NCBI GenBank assembly: GCA_951406725.2
Contig: OX597828.1
Coordinates: forward strand, 8,122,001 to 8,186,000
Direction of reading: 5' to 3'
DNA: 64,000 nucleotides
DNA from: Octopus vulgaris
Taxonomy: Eukaryota
Shown piece by piece: positions 1 through 14,707 of the stretch. Under the pieces are notes generated by a model. The model did not search any database, was not told where the DNA came from, and was given only the letters and a program-made list of their open reading frames with translations. A program made the translations under genes and the position numbers. Positions within the stretch are counted from its first letter, which is position 1, and every line of letters begins with the position of its first letter.

Positions 1-869
1 TTTGCTCGCCATTGATACTGCTAATGTTTCATTGGGAAATAGTCGTTGGCAAATAAAAACGACTTAATAGCTTCAACACAATCCAATATTCTCGGCATGC
101 ACCAAACCGAACTCGATTCAGAAAATTTACTATTAAATATTTATAGTGTACATACGGAATAAAACAGAAAACAGAAAACGGACAAACACTTAATATACAT
201 TTATAAATAACATCCACATGCACAGGCTCGAAACTGTCACCGAGAATATAGGAACATGAAAGGCTGAAAGGGACACTCGGATGTTAGTTTTGATATATAA
301 ACACCAGCTGGCTTAAATCTTACGCTTGGATCTGACTTGTTTTACGACATCTTTCTTAGATTCGCCATGTGCGAACTGTAAGTATGGCTTTAATATAACA
401 AGGGAGTTCTTTGTTTGGTTGAGTTTGTGCTGTTAAAATCGTGTTATTCTTGAGGGCGTGTATTGGTAGAATCGTTATAACGTCGGGCACAATACCTTGC
501 GGAACTTAGTTACTATTGCCTTTATTCAATGTTCGAATCCTTTCATTAACTTTCATTAACTTAACATTAACTTTCATAATTCAAGTTTCTGTTCTTGGTA
601 GTATTTAATCCCTTTTCATTTCCGATTAAGCAAATGATCAAAATCATTCCAGATTTTATAATGATGTCTTATATTTTATTTTTTGTACATATATTATTAT
701 ATCTAGAGACCGCCAAAAATGTATACACACTTCAGGAAAAGATAAAATCTGTATCAGTTATTCAGTGTTATCACAATTTGATAAAATATCGAAAGAAGTA
801 GGGGTACTTGTACAACTGAAATATCTGTACAGATTTTCCCTTTCCTGAGTTTGTATACATTTCTCTGCA

Positions 870-1383
870 CCGTAAATCCTCGAGTATAGTCCGCCCTTGA
901 GTATAATACGCAGGGGATTTTTAGGGGGCAGTACTTCTGAAAAACCTAAACCTTGTGTATAATACGCACTCCTTCTCTAACTTGAGTCGTGCGTAATTAA
1001 GCCAGCAGCACCTAGTCGAACAAACACTTCCGCACATGTGTAATACAATAATGGTGTTAACTGTTACATAGGAACGTAAATATGTTTGCAAATTGTTTTT
1101 GTTACATTATTCTGTGTTCTGAATACTTTTATTTTAATAAATATTGCTTACAGCAAGTTATAGATGATTCTTTTATGACTTCATTGCTTTCAGGCTTAGC
1201 TTAAAGGTATTTTCGCGCTCGACATCACAAAATGCGTCTGAACAAACATTAACAGACAGCAAATAGAGACTCGGACAAGGCTTAGATAGTATTTTTCATT
1301 TTTAACCTCGTATATAGTACGCACTAGAGATTTTGACCTTTAAATTTTGGGAAAAAATGCGGATTATACTCGAAGATTTACGA
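870..1383. mobile_element. Non-autonomous DNA transposon (MITE), Tc2/pogo-like
   Basis: Left end CCGTAAATCCTCGAGTATAGTCCGC versus right end GCGGATTATACTCGAAGATTTACGA (reverse complement TCGTAAATCTTCGAGTATAATCCGC); TA on the right flank, CA on the left; subterminal repeats of TATA(A/G)TACGCA near 901, 958 and 1313; no ORF. Confidence 0.75.
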
Positions 1384-2544
1384 TATATTATACTTAAGAG
1401 TAATGAAATTAATTGGGTTGAGTTTAAAGTGTAACCGCGGAAATACTTCCTGTAACGAGGCAATTACTTCCGGTTGTAGCCCTTCTATAGGAATCTATTG
1501 GTTTGCGACTACTAGTAGATGCTTCACGTGATTTTTAAAACTTTTAGATATAGTTATATTTGGGTATGGTCATATTTTTGCGAATTAAGCACACGCACTA
1601 TATCCTTGGTCCTCACTCAGCTTTATTGTTATTATTCATATTTTAGTGTCCTCTGTCATAAATCTTTCGTCACAAATCCTGTGACCTCTTAAACGAATCC
1701 CCATTACATGGAAGTGTTCTGTTTAACAGTTCCATACATATACGCAGGCTTGTGACACATGCAAACTCGATGTTTTGTCCCCACTAAAAGCAAAGGTTTT
1801 ATGCCTATTTCTAACATAATTGTAAAGTTACTGAGATTTCGATGGGTTGGCGGACATGGACTGTATTTGATTTGATTATAATTACAACAGGACTTGACTC
1901 CTAATCAACCAATTTATGGAGCCTAGATCAAAGGACGTATAGTATAAAATAAGACTAAGAACATCTAGTGAAGCAGAATTTGAACCCCCAATGTTGGAGA
2001 GAAAACAGTCAGCCACCCCGATTAAAACAACCTATCTTCACATAGATGCCGCTAGAGATGTTCACTCTGTTTCGAGCATTCAGACGAGGTTTCACGTCTT
2101 TAGATAACATTATGTACTTCCTCCTGTCTGTCCAAATGACTATAAAAAAGGCCTTGAGCACTACCTACCCATCATTCTCTCATTGAGCGATTAATAAAAA
2201 GCATGTAACTAAATACCACGAAGTATTTCGTCCGCTACTCTTACCTATTGTGCCATTAACCACTTTCCAAGTGATGTCTGTGCAGTTTCAATAGTCAATA
2301 AAAATCCATTCACTTCAAATAGGCCACTGAAAGCCGTCAGAATATTATGAACACAACACTATCCAATTTCTGTTTTCATTAACTGCCTTGTCAGAAAGAG
2401 GCTAATGTATGTTCAGCTGATTTTATTTCTGTTTACGAATGTGTTTGTTATATGCGGGCCATTGTATTTCCATGCCATTCTGCATTGTCATGTGAATGTT
2501 TGTATATATGTTTACTCGTGATGGGTTCTCTGTTGTATTTAAGA

Positions 2545-2559
2545 TCTATCTATCTATCA

Positions 2560-2620
<61 letters not shown>

Positions 2621-2673
2621 CCTATCTACCTACCTACCTACCTACCTACCTACCTACCTACCTACCTACCTAC

Positions 2674-2755
<82 letters not shown>

Positions 2756-2775
2756 GTCTGTCTGTCTACCTACCT
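2545..2775. repeat. Compound (TATC)n/(TACC)n microsatellite
   Basis: Directly visible; source of the SIYL/PTYL pseudo-ORFs. Confidence 0.97.
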
Positions 2776-2939
2776 ACACGCGTGCGCACACACTCAGTCA
2801 CATATGTTTGTCAATCTGTCAGTATGTATTATGTTCATTTTCCACTTACTATCTCGAAGCAGGATAAAATCAGTAGAATAGTCTTATGTCTGTATGTATG
2901 TGTATATATGTGTGTGCTCGTGCGTGTGTGTATGTCAAA

Positions 2940-3250
2940 GTGCATGGCTTAGTGGTCAAGGTATTCGGCTCACTATTGTAGGGCCGAGGGTTCGATTACC
3001 GGCGGCGTATTGTGTCCTTGAGCTGGACATTTTATTTGACTCCAGTTCACTCAGCTGGAAAAAGTGAATGGTCCCTGTACTTCAAATGGCCAGCCTTGTC
3101 CCATTCTGTTTCAAGCTGTATCTCCATGCGAACTAAGGCAAGAGAATGCGTATTTGTGGAGGGCTCAACCTCTTGTTCGTTAATTTCACTAGCAGATTGT
3201 TCCGTTGATTGGATCAGCTGGAACTTTCTCGTCGTTGTAACCGACAGAGT
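2940..3250 (+). mobile_element. tRNA-derived SINE (family A)
   Basis: A box TGGCTTAGTGG, B box GGTTCGATTACC, then GTGTCCTTGAGC...CCAGTTCACTCAGCTG core and GTCGTTGTAACCGAC tail; related copy at 53138-53388. Confidence 0.8.
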
Positions 3251-3255
3251 GGTAT

Positions 3256-3294
<39 letters not shown>

Positions 3295-3721
3295 ATGTGG
3301 GGTGTGTTTGTGTGTATACATACAGGTATTTTTCCCCGCTAATCTTCAGCTATACGTTAACATCCGCTGGGCAGCTGATTTCCACCACTGTACACCGTTT
3401 CTCTTCCCTCTTCCAAATCAGTATCTCAGGTCTACTATATTTTCCATTTTATTGAGGCTTCCTCTGGGACATTCCACTCGTACTCCTTATTATGAGTGGC
3501 TATAGCTTCTACTATATAGTGGGTTCATACCTCGTTGGCCTCAGGGTTATCCTTCCGGCGGATCTCATTATATAATATCTTAGTTACATCATGTAGTTAT
3601 TACCGTGATGACATTTTCAAATATATGTATGTATATTTGTATGTCCGTATGCCTCAAAATAGAAGGTTTGATGAATGAACAGATTTATATAATTTATATA
3701 ATTGTCTATGCAAACATGTAT

Positions 3722-4002
3722 TTTGTTGTTGTTTGTTCCTTCTCGAGCCATTCTTGGCGTATAGGTTCCCCACCTGAACGGGACGCCAGTCCATCGCAGG
3801 TGAGCTGCAAGATGCAGGAGGAAAGAGTAAGAGAAAGTTGTGGCGAAGAGTCAGCAGAAGTTCGTCATTACCTTCTGCCGGAGCCGCGTGGTACTTAGGT
3901 ATTTTCTCTCATAAATACACACATCGCCCGGTCTGAGAATCGAACCCGCGATCCCTCGACCGCGAGTCCGCTGCTCTAACCACTAGGCCATGTGCCTCCA
4001 CA
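3722..4002 (-). mobile_element. tRNA-Arg-derived SINE (family B, octopus OR-like)
   Basis: Minus strand GGAGGCACATGGCCTAGTGGTTAGAGCAGCGGACTCGCGGTCGAGGGATCGCGGGTTCGATTC (TCG anticodon-like loop), core CTGCGATGGACTGGCGTCCCG, (AAC)n-like tail. Confidence 0.85.
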
Positions 4003-5103
4003 AGCATGTATTTTGTGGATATGACCGAACCAAGAGTTTAATGTATTAGCTTTGGAGTGATGAGCTTCTAGTTTGAATTCACTGTTTGTTATTCGAGCAA
4101 GCATCTTTCACGAAGGCCCTGCGTTGACTGCAGTTAAGTAGCTAGAAACTGCACGAAACCCAGCTGGACGGAACGTACCCGTATTTTAAATAGCCAGGGG
4201 ATTAAATGTCTGCGGGATAATGAACTTTTTTATTTGCTAGAAGTTACAGCTAAAGAGTCAATGTTCTAGTTAATTGAAGGAGCGAATATTGATTGTGGAT
4301 ACCGATGAGAATCCAATTTATATTAGCAGGGAAATAAAAACATAAGACGTTGGAACATCCTTTGGTTCGACTGAGTTCATTCAAAGACATCAATCTTGTC
4401 GTGTTGACTACAGTGTGTGGGAATGAGTGAGCGTGTGGGTTGTATGAACGTGTGCGCGTGCGTATGGATACGCGTATGTGTGTCTATGTACGTGAGTGTG
4501 CATGTGTCTGTGTTTATGTGTATGTAACTTTCATGCTCACCGTACCTAGCCCGTCCATTCAATGGTGGATTCTCAGCTATTGATTAATAGAAAAAGCAAT
4601 AGAAACTTTGACAGAACCCTATTTCCTAATACCTACATGTAAATAAATGTGCCACCAGCACTAATACCATTGTCAACATTCCGACCCCCTCCACCACACT
4701 ACCTAAACAACCACTCTACTCTCAGCACAACCACCAACCCAAACACACATAGTCCAACCCAACCCAACCAGAAGGACGAGCTTTTGATAAACACAATTCC
4801 CTTCACGCCCATCACAACGTGTTTATTTATACCGCATTTCAACAGTTTCTTTTTCCCTCCATACAACGATACCACAATACGTTGGACAGTGTGAACAAAA
4901 CCAAGCGCCACCACGCCACCATCACGACAACAAAGACAATAATGACGACAGCAACGACACTAGCTAACCACCTACTGCTGCTGATGTTACTGCTGACACG
5001 GTGAAGCAGCAGATAAGCCTCAAATAAATAACGATATTCAGTTAAGTCAGTTCTCATTTCAAATTCCACAGAAGACATATAAGGAGAACTACTTCAGGGT
5101 AAG

Positions 5104-5412
5104 GTGGAGGCGCAATGTCTCAGTGGTTTAGGGCAGCGGACTCGCGGTCGGAGGATCGCGGTTTCGATTCCCTGACCGGGCGTTGTGTGTGTTTATTGAG
5201 CGAAAACACCTAAAAAAGCTCCATGAGCACCGGCAGGGGGTGTTGGCGACCCCTGTTGTACTCTTTCACCACAACTTTCTCTCGCTCTTTCTTCCTGTAA
5301 CGCTGCGATGGACTGGCGTCCCGTCCAGCTGGGGGGAGCACATGCGTCACAGAAACCAGGAATCCGGGCCCATGGGCCTGGCTGTGTTTGAAAAGGGCGC
5401 ATAAATAAAAAG
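5104..5412 (+). mobile_element. tRNA-Arg-derived SINE (family B)
   Basis: Same head GGAGGCGCAATGTCTCAGTGG...GGACTCGCGGTCG...GGTTTCGATTCC and CTGCGATGGACTGGCGTCCCGTCCAG core as 3722-4002; A-rich tail. Confidence 0.85.
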
Positions 5413-5467
5413 AAAACAAAGACAGGCTTAATGATTTGAAATATAATAATATAGAGACGAAAGTAAG

Positions 5468-5696
5468 GAGGCGAACTGGCAGAAACGTTAGCACGCTGGG
5501 CGAAATGCGTAGCCGTATTTCGTCTGCCGTTACGTTCTGAGTTCAAATTCAGCCGAGGTCGACTTTGCCTTTCATCCTTTCGGGGTCGATATAACCGACT
5601 TAATCCGTTTGTCTGTCCTTGTTTGTGCTCTCTGTGTTTAGCCCCTTTTGGGCAGTAGAGAAATAGGTATTTCGTCTGCCGTTACGTTCTGAGTTT
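5468..5696 (+). mobile_element. SINE family C (Meta/MESC-like domain)
   Basis: GGCGAACTGGCAGAAACGTTAGCAC head, GAGTTCAAATTC B box, GTCGACTTTGCCTTTCATCCTTTCGGGGTCGAT core; several copies in the window. Confidence 0.8.
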
Positions 5697-6361
5697 GGGC
5701 TTCCTCTTGGCCTCTTACCCTGGGCCAGTTCTCCATAGAGCAGTTGCTTCGGGATTCTGTTTTTGAAATGCTCGCTTCTAGAGTTGCATTCCCTCGTATT
5801 CGGTACAAGGTGTTTATTTATATTAGTAGTTTTGACTTTCAGAGTCCCTCCTAGCGTGTATCATTTATGTATAATAATGCCCTCAATATAAATAAAAATA
5901 TTTAAGAGGAAAAATTGATGGAGGTTTTTTCACGCTAACTACTTGATAAATACTTATAAAGATTTTATCCTATGTTAAAATTTTATATATACATCAAAGA
6001 GGCCAGGGAACAGAAGAAAGAAGAAGAAAGAAGACATGCACCCAACACAAAAGCTGAAGACACCTCCAAAAGGAGGGGGGGGCGCCACGTCAAAACGGTA
6101 GAGGAGTAGTGGCCGAAACCAGACGTGTTTCCTCCTGCTGATGTCTTGAGCTAACTAGATCCTATAAAGGAGCTGTTGTGGTAGCAGACCACGAAACACG
6201 GTTGTAATTCCTTCCTATACATACTATAATCAAATTAGTAAAGGTTAGAATTAAGTACACAGGGGCAAATGCTCTACAAGAAATCCCGGATGCGTGCAGT
6301 AGAGTTGATTTTCAAAAATTGTAATATAGTTATGTCTACGTAGATTGATACATTTATAGAT

Positions 6362-6438
<77 letters not shown>

Positions 6439-6461
6439 AATCTATCTATACATATACATAC

Positions 6462-6502
<41 letters not shown>

Positions 6503-6508
6503 CAGATA

Positions 6509-6541
<33 letters not shown>

Positions 6542-6804
6542 GTATGTATGTATATGTATGTGTATATATACATATATATGTACATATATATTTGTATATA
6601 TGTATATATATATGTGTATATTTATATATACACATACCTATATAAAAATATATATGTACATATATACATATATACATATATATGTATATATACCTATACA
6701 TATACATACAGATATATATATATATATATAGATACATATATATCTGCATGTATATATGTATCTATATATATATGTATATATGTATATATATATATATCTG
6801 TATG

Positions 6805-6837
<33 letters not shown>

Positions 6838-6950
6838 GCATATGTGTATATATATATATATATATGTGTGTATAGATGTACATAAATATGTATATATACA
6901 CATACATATATATACATATATACATACATATGTGCATACATACATGCAAA
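6362..6950. repeat. (TATC)n followed by degenerate (TA)n/(TATG)n tract
   Basis: Directly visible. Confidence 0.95.
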
Positions 6951-7409
6951 GTTACATACACCACTATATGTAAATAGTTGTTTGTTTATATAGTTCTTTG
7001 TATTTTTCCGTTGTCTTAGTATGCATCTAGCTTCCATCTTTGGTCAGTCTGTTCCACTAATATGGCGTCTGAATTTTGCTAAGTGTTCCTACCTTTGTTT
7101 ACTTAACACTTGTTATTTTTCCGTCTGTTATGTTTAATCGTTTTACTTTTCAATTGGCCGACCTGTTTTCTTTTCAGACTTGCCTTTCAGACATTTCGCT
7201 CTTTGAATGGTAAAAATACTTCATGAATAACTTTCTATACCGAAGTACTGCTATGTTAATGTTGATTATGATAATGAGGATGGCGACGATGATGATGACG
7301 ATGACGATGATAAAGTCGACGAGTCAACAACGACGAAGATGACGACGACGATGATATTGTTGTTGTTGCTGGGACGTGGTCGTTGACAGAAGCCATATTA
7401 CTATAAGTA

Positions 7410-7959
7410 TTGGGTTGTCCGGAAAGTTCGCGCAGATTTTGAAAGGATAGAAAAGGATCAATAAATACTTGCCATTACATTTTTAATCAACCAAATATGA
7501 ACCATTTTGTTGGACAATGCATCTCCATCTTTTCTTTAACTTGAAAATACCCTCTTCCCAGAATTGAGGTGGTTTCGTGGCAAAGAATTCACCAAGGTAT
7601 CATTTTACGTCATCCAAGGAATTGAAGTTTTTACCATTAAGACAATTCTGCAGAGAACTGAATAAGGGGAAACCCGAAGGAGCAATATCAGTGAATATGG
7701 AGGGTGGGGTAACACATCCTAGCCGAGCTTCAGCAATTTTTGTCTGGTTCCCAAAGATTCAAGAGCCAAAAATGAACTTTCTTATCTTCCATTTTAAAGG
7801 GTTACAGAATTGACACAGGTTATAGGAACATAAACATTCTTCCCCAAAAAGATAGCTTAAACTATGTAGTCAAATCCTATTTTATGGACTCAAACATGTT
7901 CTAAAATAAGCCGAAATGTAAGCTCCTATAAATTGGCACGAACTTTCCGGACAAGCCAA
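7410..7959 (-). mobile_element. Internally deleted mariner element
   Basis: TIRs TTGGGTTGTCCGGAAAGTTCG / CGAACTTTCCGGACAAGCCAA with TA duplications at 7408-7409 and 7960-7961. Minus strand has start MEDKKVHFWLL joined to the C-terminus QKLLKLG*DVLPHPPYS.DIAPSGFPLFSSLQNCLNGKNF...GIFKLKKRWRCIVQQNGSYLVD (YSPDLAPSD motif), with stops and a frameshift. Confidence 0.93.
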
Positions 7960-8199
7960 TATGAATCTTGGTTTTAGAAGTTTGATTTCAAATTTCACGG
8001 AAATCCCTATTGTTTTATTCCTCCGAGGTCGATAAAATGAAGTACCACTAAATTACTTTAGCTGATATTATGAACTAAACCCTTTCCATGAAATCAAATT
8101 TGCTGACGTTATGCCGAAGTTAGAGACAAATATGGATTTATTACTTGCATATTATTACTACCGCCAGGTAGCACCAGTGACAGCAGAAACAGCAACTGA

Positions 8200-8302
8200 A
8201 GCACTAATACTACAAATGTTGCTGCTACAACTACTACTACTGCAATAACTGCTGCTGCTGCTACTACTCCTACTACTACTACTACTTCTACTATTGCTGC
8301 TG

Positions 8303-8348
<46 letters not shown>

Positions 8349-8360
8349 CACTGTTACTGT
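8200..8360. repeat. (CTA)n/(CTG)n trinucleotide microsatellite
   Basis: Directly visible. Confidence 0.92.
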
Positions 8361-8549
8361 TACTCTTACAACTGTTGCTGCTTTTCTTCTGGTTTTTGCT
8401 TTTTTTTATTTTTGTTTGTTTTTATTATTGCTGGAAATGTTTTTTACTTCCTATCATTTCTATTGTAGTTGTGGAGGCCTATTGTTGATCCGTTTATCTA
8501 TAACGTGGCGTTTTATTTGCTTTGTTTAATTTACATATTTGTTTTACTT

Positions 8550-8551
8550 TG

Positions 8552-8606
<55 letters not shown>

Positions 8607-9107
8607 TATATACTTTTATATAATCTTTTCTATCTATTTGTTCTTTTCCCACCTATATGTTTTGTTTCTTTTGTTTTGTTGTCTCTTTCTTTCTTTCCGC
8701 TTTTGTCCGCCATATTTGATGCGTATTTTACGTTTATTCTCCCCACTCTGTTTCCACCTACTTTAGCTAGATCAGATATTTGTTAAAAAGGTGTACATAA
8801 TTATGCAGTAAATATCTAATTTAGACATGTTTAGTCAGGTAAAAAACAAAAGAGAGATGAAAAAAATTTAAAAATAATATAGGCAAAAACAAATATAAAT
8901 GGAAGGGCAGCTAACACAAAAGGCGAAACAAAGAACAACAAATGCAGAAAAAGAAATTGATAAATTCAGCACATATATGCTTGTATATATATATAGTTGT
9001 ATGTATATTTGTACGTATATATATATATATATTGTACAAACACACACACACACACATATATATTTATTTATATATGTATGTACGTATATATATATTATAC
9101 ACACACA

Positions 9108-9159
<52 letters not shown>

Positions 9160-9260
9160 CATACATACATATACATAGATATTTGCATATGTTAAACGCA
9201 GAATTGCACTTATTTGAAAAGTTATATGTAAGATTTCGTTGTGATATATGCGTTTTTTTA

Positions 9261-9306
<46 letters not shown>

Positions 9307-10163
9307 ATATCTATCTATCTATCTATCTATCTATTTTTCATTCTCTTTCTCTCTCCCTTTCTCTTTTTCTCCATCTCTGTATATAGATATAGATATGTAT
9401 GTATGTATATATAGGGAACTTATATCTATACGCGTATGTAAGTGTAAGTTTATATATGTATATATATATATACATACATACATACATACATACATACATA
9501 CATACATACATACATACATACATACATACATTCATACATACATACATATTTATATTTCTCGATCTCTCTCTATATATATGAATGTATTAGGTAAATTTAT
9601 TTATGTTCGCGTGTGTGTTTGTGTTACTATAACCGTAATATGTGTGTATATACACATTCAGCAGAAGTGTGAGTTTCTAAGCTGAGAATAAAATTAATAA
9701 TCTTTCTGTAAATGCAGGCAGACGTGAAAAATACCAATAAATATATAAAGAGTGAGAAAAAACTTATATGATGAGGTCAGTATAGATATATCTTTATGCC
9801 CTTGCGAAAATGCGAATATATAAAAAGACACCTATGCCTATAATCAGACTAAATGTGCAAATGTGTCTATGCACATGCATCATACACACACACGCACTCA
9901 CACTCGCGCATAGATACATACATACATACATACATGCATATATATATATGCACACATACAAGAAAGATGTAAAAATATACAAATGTACATACATATATAT
10001 ATCCATATATATGTATATACATACATGTGCGTGTGAGATTGCACGCGTGTGTATGTTTGCGTGCACGTATAAATACGTATGTATATATGTATGTATGTAA
10101 GGCGATGTTCCACCACGACTGCAGTCAAGTGACTGAAACAAGAAAAAGAATAAAAGAGTATAT

Positions 10164-10213
<50 letters not shown>

Positions 10214-10219
10214 TATACA

Positions 10220-10278
<59 letters not shown>

Positions 10279-11172
10279 GCACACACACACACACACATAT
10301 ATATATGTATATACTACACTCTTACATACGCCCTTGTTTATATTTACTGTTAAATAGATAGCAAAATGCTCCATACATGTATCAACATAGGATCGTATAT
10401 ATATATATATATATATATATCTAGCACACAGCCATTTATAGACGCAGTTTAGTTCTGTAGACGACGATCTGCATTAAGCCAGACCTAAGGAATAATTTTC
10501 GGCGTTATATTATATTATATTATATTCCCAATAATCGATGGTGGTAATTGAACTCAGATGAACAGTGAAAGCAATGAAGGGAGAACTATTTGACCAAGGA
10601 GTAAACATTCCTTGGACCCTTTCAGAATCTTGTAATCTACCCCACCACACCCTTCCGATTCTGTTTATTCTCTCATGCTTGAGTATATTTTTTTTGTGTG
10701 TTTCTTGCGGTTGCTGAAGTTCGCATTAACGATTGTAGTGTTGGCAATTGTGAAATTTTTCTTCTTTTCCGCTCTTATATTTTCTTGTTTTAAACTTCTT
10801 ATTGTGTTGCTGTTAGGTTGGAGGTGTTTTTGAAATAATGTATTTTTGTAATTCTTCTCCCTTTCTTTCTCGCCTTTTCTCGTGTTTGTGCAAAATTTCA
10901 CTAGCTGTTGAACAAGAGAATTTAATTATGGTCTGTTAAACATGTTTAACATAGCAAATTTTTACACTTCTCATTTCTTACATTCCAGCCATTTTCTCAC
11001 TCCCACACGCATACAGACACACATACTCTTATACACACGCTTGTCTACGCACTTTCAATACACATTCAGAAGTAGACTAAGAGAATACTCATATATATTG
11101 TATATATATATATATATGTATATAAATGTATGTATGTATGTATGTATGTATGTATGTATGTATGTATGTATG

Positions 11173-11203
<31 letters not shown>

Positions 11204-11462
11204 ATGTATATATATATGTATATATATGCATGTATACATACATATATATTTATATACATATGTATACACAAACAAACACACGCACACACACACATATATA
11301 TATGCATACATACGTGTATCTATATACATATATAATTATATATATATATGCGTGTGTGTGTGTGTGTGTGTGTGTAGTTCAAATTTACTTAAACACACAC
11401 AAATACACAAATACACATACACAAAATACACACGCACACATAACTACGCACACACACACACA

Positions 11463-11550
<88 letters not shown>

Positions 11551-11710
11551 TATCTATAAGTATATATAAGTATACGAAAAACTGTCTTTTAAATTATCTA
11601 TCTTTCTTTGTGTTAGTCTATCCCACTATCTACCTATCTTTCTTTCTCTCTCCCTCCTCTCTCTCTCCCTCCCTCCTCTCTCTCTCCCGCTCTCCCCCTC
11701 TCTCTCGTTA
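8550..11710. repeat. Dense cluster of (TA)n, (CA)n, (TATC)n, (TACA)n and (CT)n microsatellites with short unique spacers
   Basis: Directly visible; explains the many YIYI/HTHT ORFs. Confidence 0.9.
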
Positions 11711-14125
11711 GATATATACATATACACACATTTAATCTGTGCAATACTTGATCGATATTTTCGTAAATATTGGTTCGGTTGTTCTGATCTGTTAGGAAAA
11801 TCATTCCAAGACTCAGGTCTAAATGTCTCCGAGCTTTCTTCTCGCTGTGAACTAACGAAGATCTTTCGCATATGACCATCAACGTAAATGGATTAAAAAC
11901 CTCTTACGCCACATCTCAATAAATAGTGGCAGAGCTTACGACGCTCTACAAAATTACAGGGGCTAAAATTCGATCACCTGACTGATACCTTCTACATAAT
12001 TGCAGGTACTTTGCAAGATAATTTACAAGTATGTTTTCTATTAATTGTCCCCCTACACAACGTCCTCGTCGCTTGAACTGCCAAATGTTTAATTCCAGAA
12101 TTTATTTCAACAGGTTCGACAGCCAGCCACACTAACAACTGATACTGAGTACGTTGAAGATATCGTTTTCCTTGAATACACTATCTCTGATGCTGTCACT
12201 CCTGAGTACCTCTTTCAGAATAATGAGGAATACATAAACAGTAGAAAAAAGCATTTATAATCTGTAGGCCTTTTCGAATACGTAGCAATATTGCATTCAC
12301 AAAAACGGATATGAATTTGTCTGACAAAAGACTGTTCAGATTTTAATGGATTGCGTGTAATCACGATGATATTAGATGTTTTTTCTGTACTATTCTGGAA
12401 TTAGTTGTATTGTACAAGCACATTGCTTGGAATTCAATCGGAAGTAATACCTGTGGCGTTTATACTCGTGTTAGCAGCCATATTTTCTGGAAATTATAAG
12501 CATTTGAACACAAACTGTGTAGAAGCTTTCTTACTCACACTAAAATCATTTCATGCTATTTTGTAGGCCATTGCCGGAAATGTAAGCAAAATGATATTAC
12601 AGATGCACTCTTACTGAAACCCAAACATGGATAAGATCACATTGGCCTTTCAGTAAAGTCCTTCATCGAACGTTTCTGTACCGAAACGGAATATTGCCTT
12701 ACTGTTCTCCTTAATGTATAGCAATGACTGCTGTTATAGACACACACAAATCCGAGGACAATTAAATATATTATTTTACTTTTAGTGATATTCCATCTTC
12801 TTATGTAGGGCACAGAAGCTAACCTAGTCTTCAAAATCATTGTAGTGTCTTATATGGTTATACGTTTACACACATACTCTTTGTAATCCACTCACTGAGA
12901 TTTAGAATAATGATTCCATCTATTTCATTCCATCTAAGTGAATACAAACTAATTACCCATCTTGACAATCTTGTTCACATTTGCCACTCACGATCATTCC
13001 ACCGATCACGACTTCGCATAGCAAAGTGAGTTCAGAGGTCAATATTTCGACTTTCTGCCTACATATCGAAAACCAGTTACGGACATTTTATATGGACATA
13101 TTTCTTTGCAACATGCTTGCTTTAAATTCCATATCTGCGCACACGTCTTTCCGAGTTATCATGCTCTCAAATAAATATGGGTAGTCGAATTTCTTGCAAA
13201 ATCATTGAAGAGCTAGAATTAACAACATTATACGAACTCAAAACTGTCCACACAAGAAACAGATTATTTCTACATATCTTTCCTACGTGTGATAAATGGA
13301 CTGTTAAAAGTTTATATCCGACTTATGATATCCGTGAAATGAATAGACATGTTACGGTCATTTCGTGATCTATGCGCATCACGATTCAAACATGTAGGTT
13401 TTCATGTTAACTGAAAATTCGCTTTGATTTCCTTTCTGTATGGTTAGTTCTACTTGAAACTACAAACGAATATTAATTACGTGACATTTCGAATTATTAT
13501 TTCAGTGTTTTGCTGAAACATTTGAAATAATTCTTCGTCGGCTAGCGAATATTTCCGGTCAATCAACGAAGATTTCCCTTCGAACTTCAGCTGATTTCCG
13601 GTCATCCTACAACGATTCACATCGACTGATATCGCAGATATTCGATTGTATTCAAATTTTAACATTTTATTTTATGGATATTTTCTTTAAGTGATTTTAA
13701 GTTAGGTACTTCTGATTATAATGTGGATTATTGGAAACGATGACTAAAACTTCCTCTCACTCAATCACACGGACGTGCAGATATAAAAATACACACTTAA
13801 CCACAAAAATATATAAAAAAGTTTTCAGAAACAAAGAAAAGAACTACTCAATACCTGCTTTAGAGTATGATTATTTAAATGAAACTTCTGCATCATTCTG
13901 TCGTTAATTAGAGGGTTTTTGTCTGAAAATGATCGTTCAGCTGACAAGAAAACTGTTACAAGGCTCAAGGGTCGCTAGGAAATCGAACAAAAAATTCTAA
14001 GTAGAAAAGAAATGCATTGCCATTTTAGGATATATGCATAAACACACACATACACATACTTACACATATGCATACATACACATACAAACACACACACCCA
14101 AATTTCTCACCCCACCACACACATA

Positions 14126-14160
<35 letters not shown>

Positions 14161-14164
14161 CGAC

Positions 14165-14179
14165 AGACAAATGACAGAC

Positions 14180-14226
<47 letters not shown>

Positions 14227-14285
14227 AAGACAGACAGACAGATAGATAGAAAGATAGATAGGTAGATAGACAGACAAATAGATAA

Positions 14286-14370
<85 letters not shown>
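14165..14370. repeat. (GATA)n microsatellite
   Basis: Directly visible. Confidence 0.96.
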
Positions 14371-14371
<1 letters not shown>

Positions 14372-14707
14372 GGACTGGCACTGAAGTCGTCATAGGCATT
14401 CCTGTCGCATCCAGATCACACCCCGTCCGAATAATTTCACCGGTCTCATTGCATTCAGATAGAAAACAAAGACAACCGAGACAAATACCGCAAGATCTTC
14501 TCTCTAACACTTGCAATTCTGCCAATATATAACACCCCCACACACGTTTACTTACCTTCCCTCTCACTCTTCCCCCACTCTCTCGCTCACTGTATCTCAT
14601 CTTTTCTCTCTATCACTCTGCCTCTCAATCTTCCTCTCTCGTTATCTCTTACATGCGCACGTGCACACACATAATAGACATATATAATCATTATTTGATC
14701 GCATTAA

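Noticed and set aside
5104-5180. tRNA-Arg(TCG) gene (also 3930-4002)
   Set aside because: The acceptor stem is not convincing and the sequence continues into a shared SINE body
6110-6205. CGTGTTTC...CTGATG...GAAACACG possible ribozyme or hairpin
   Set aside because: The core is incomplete and there is no consistent three-stem junction
11870-13400. TINVNGLK (L1 endonuclease-like start) and adjacent coding-like sequence
   Set aside because: A single short motif with no continuation
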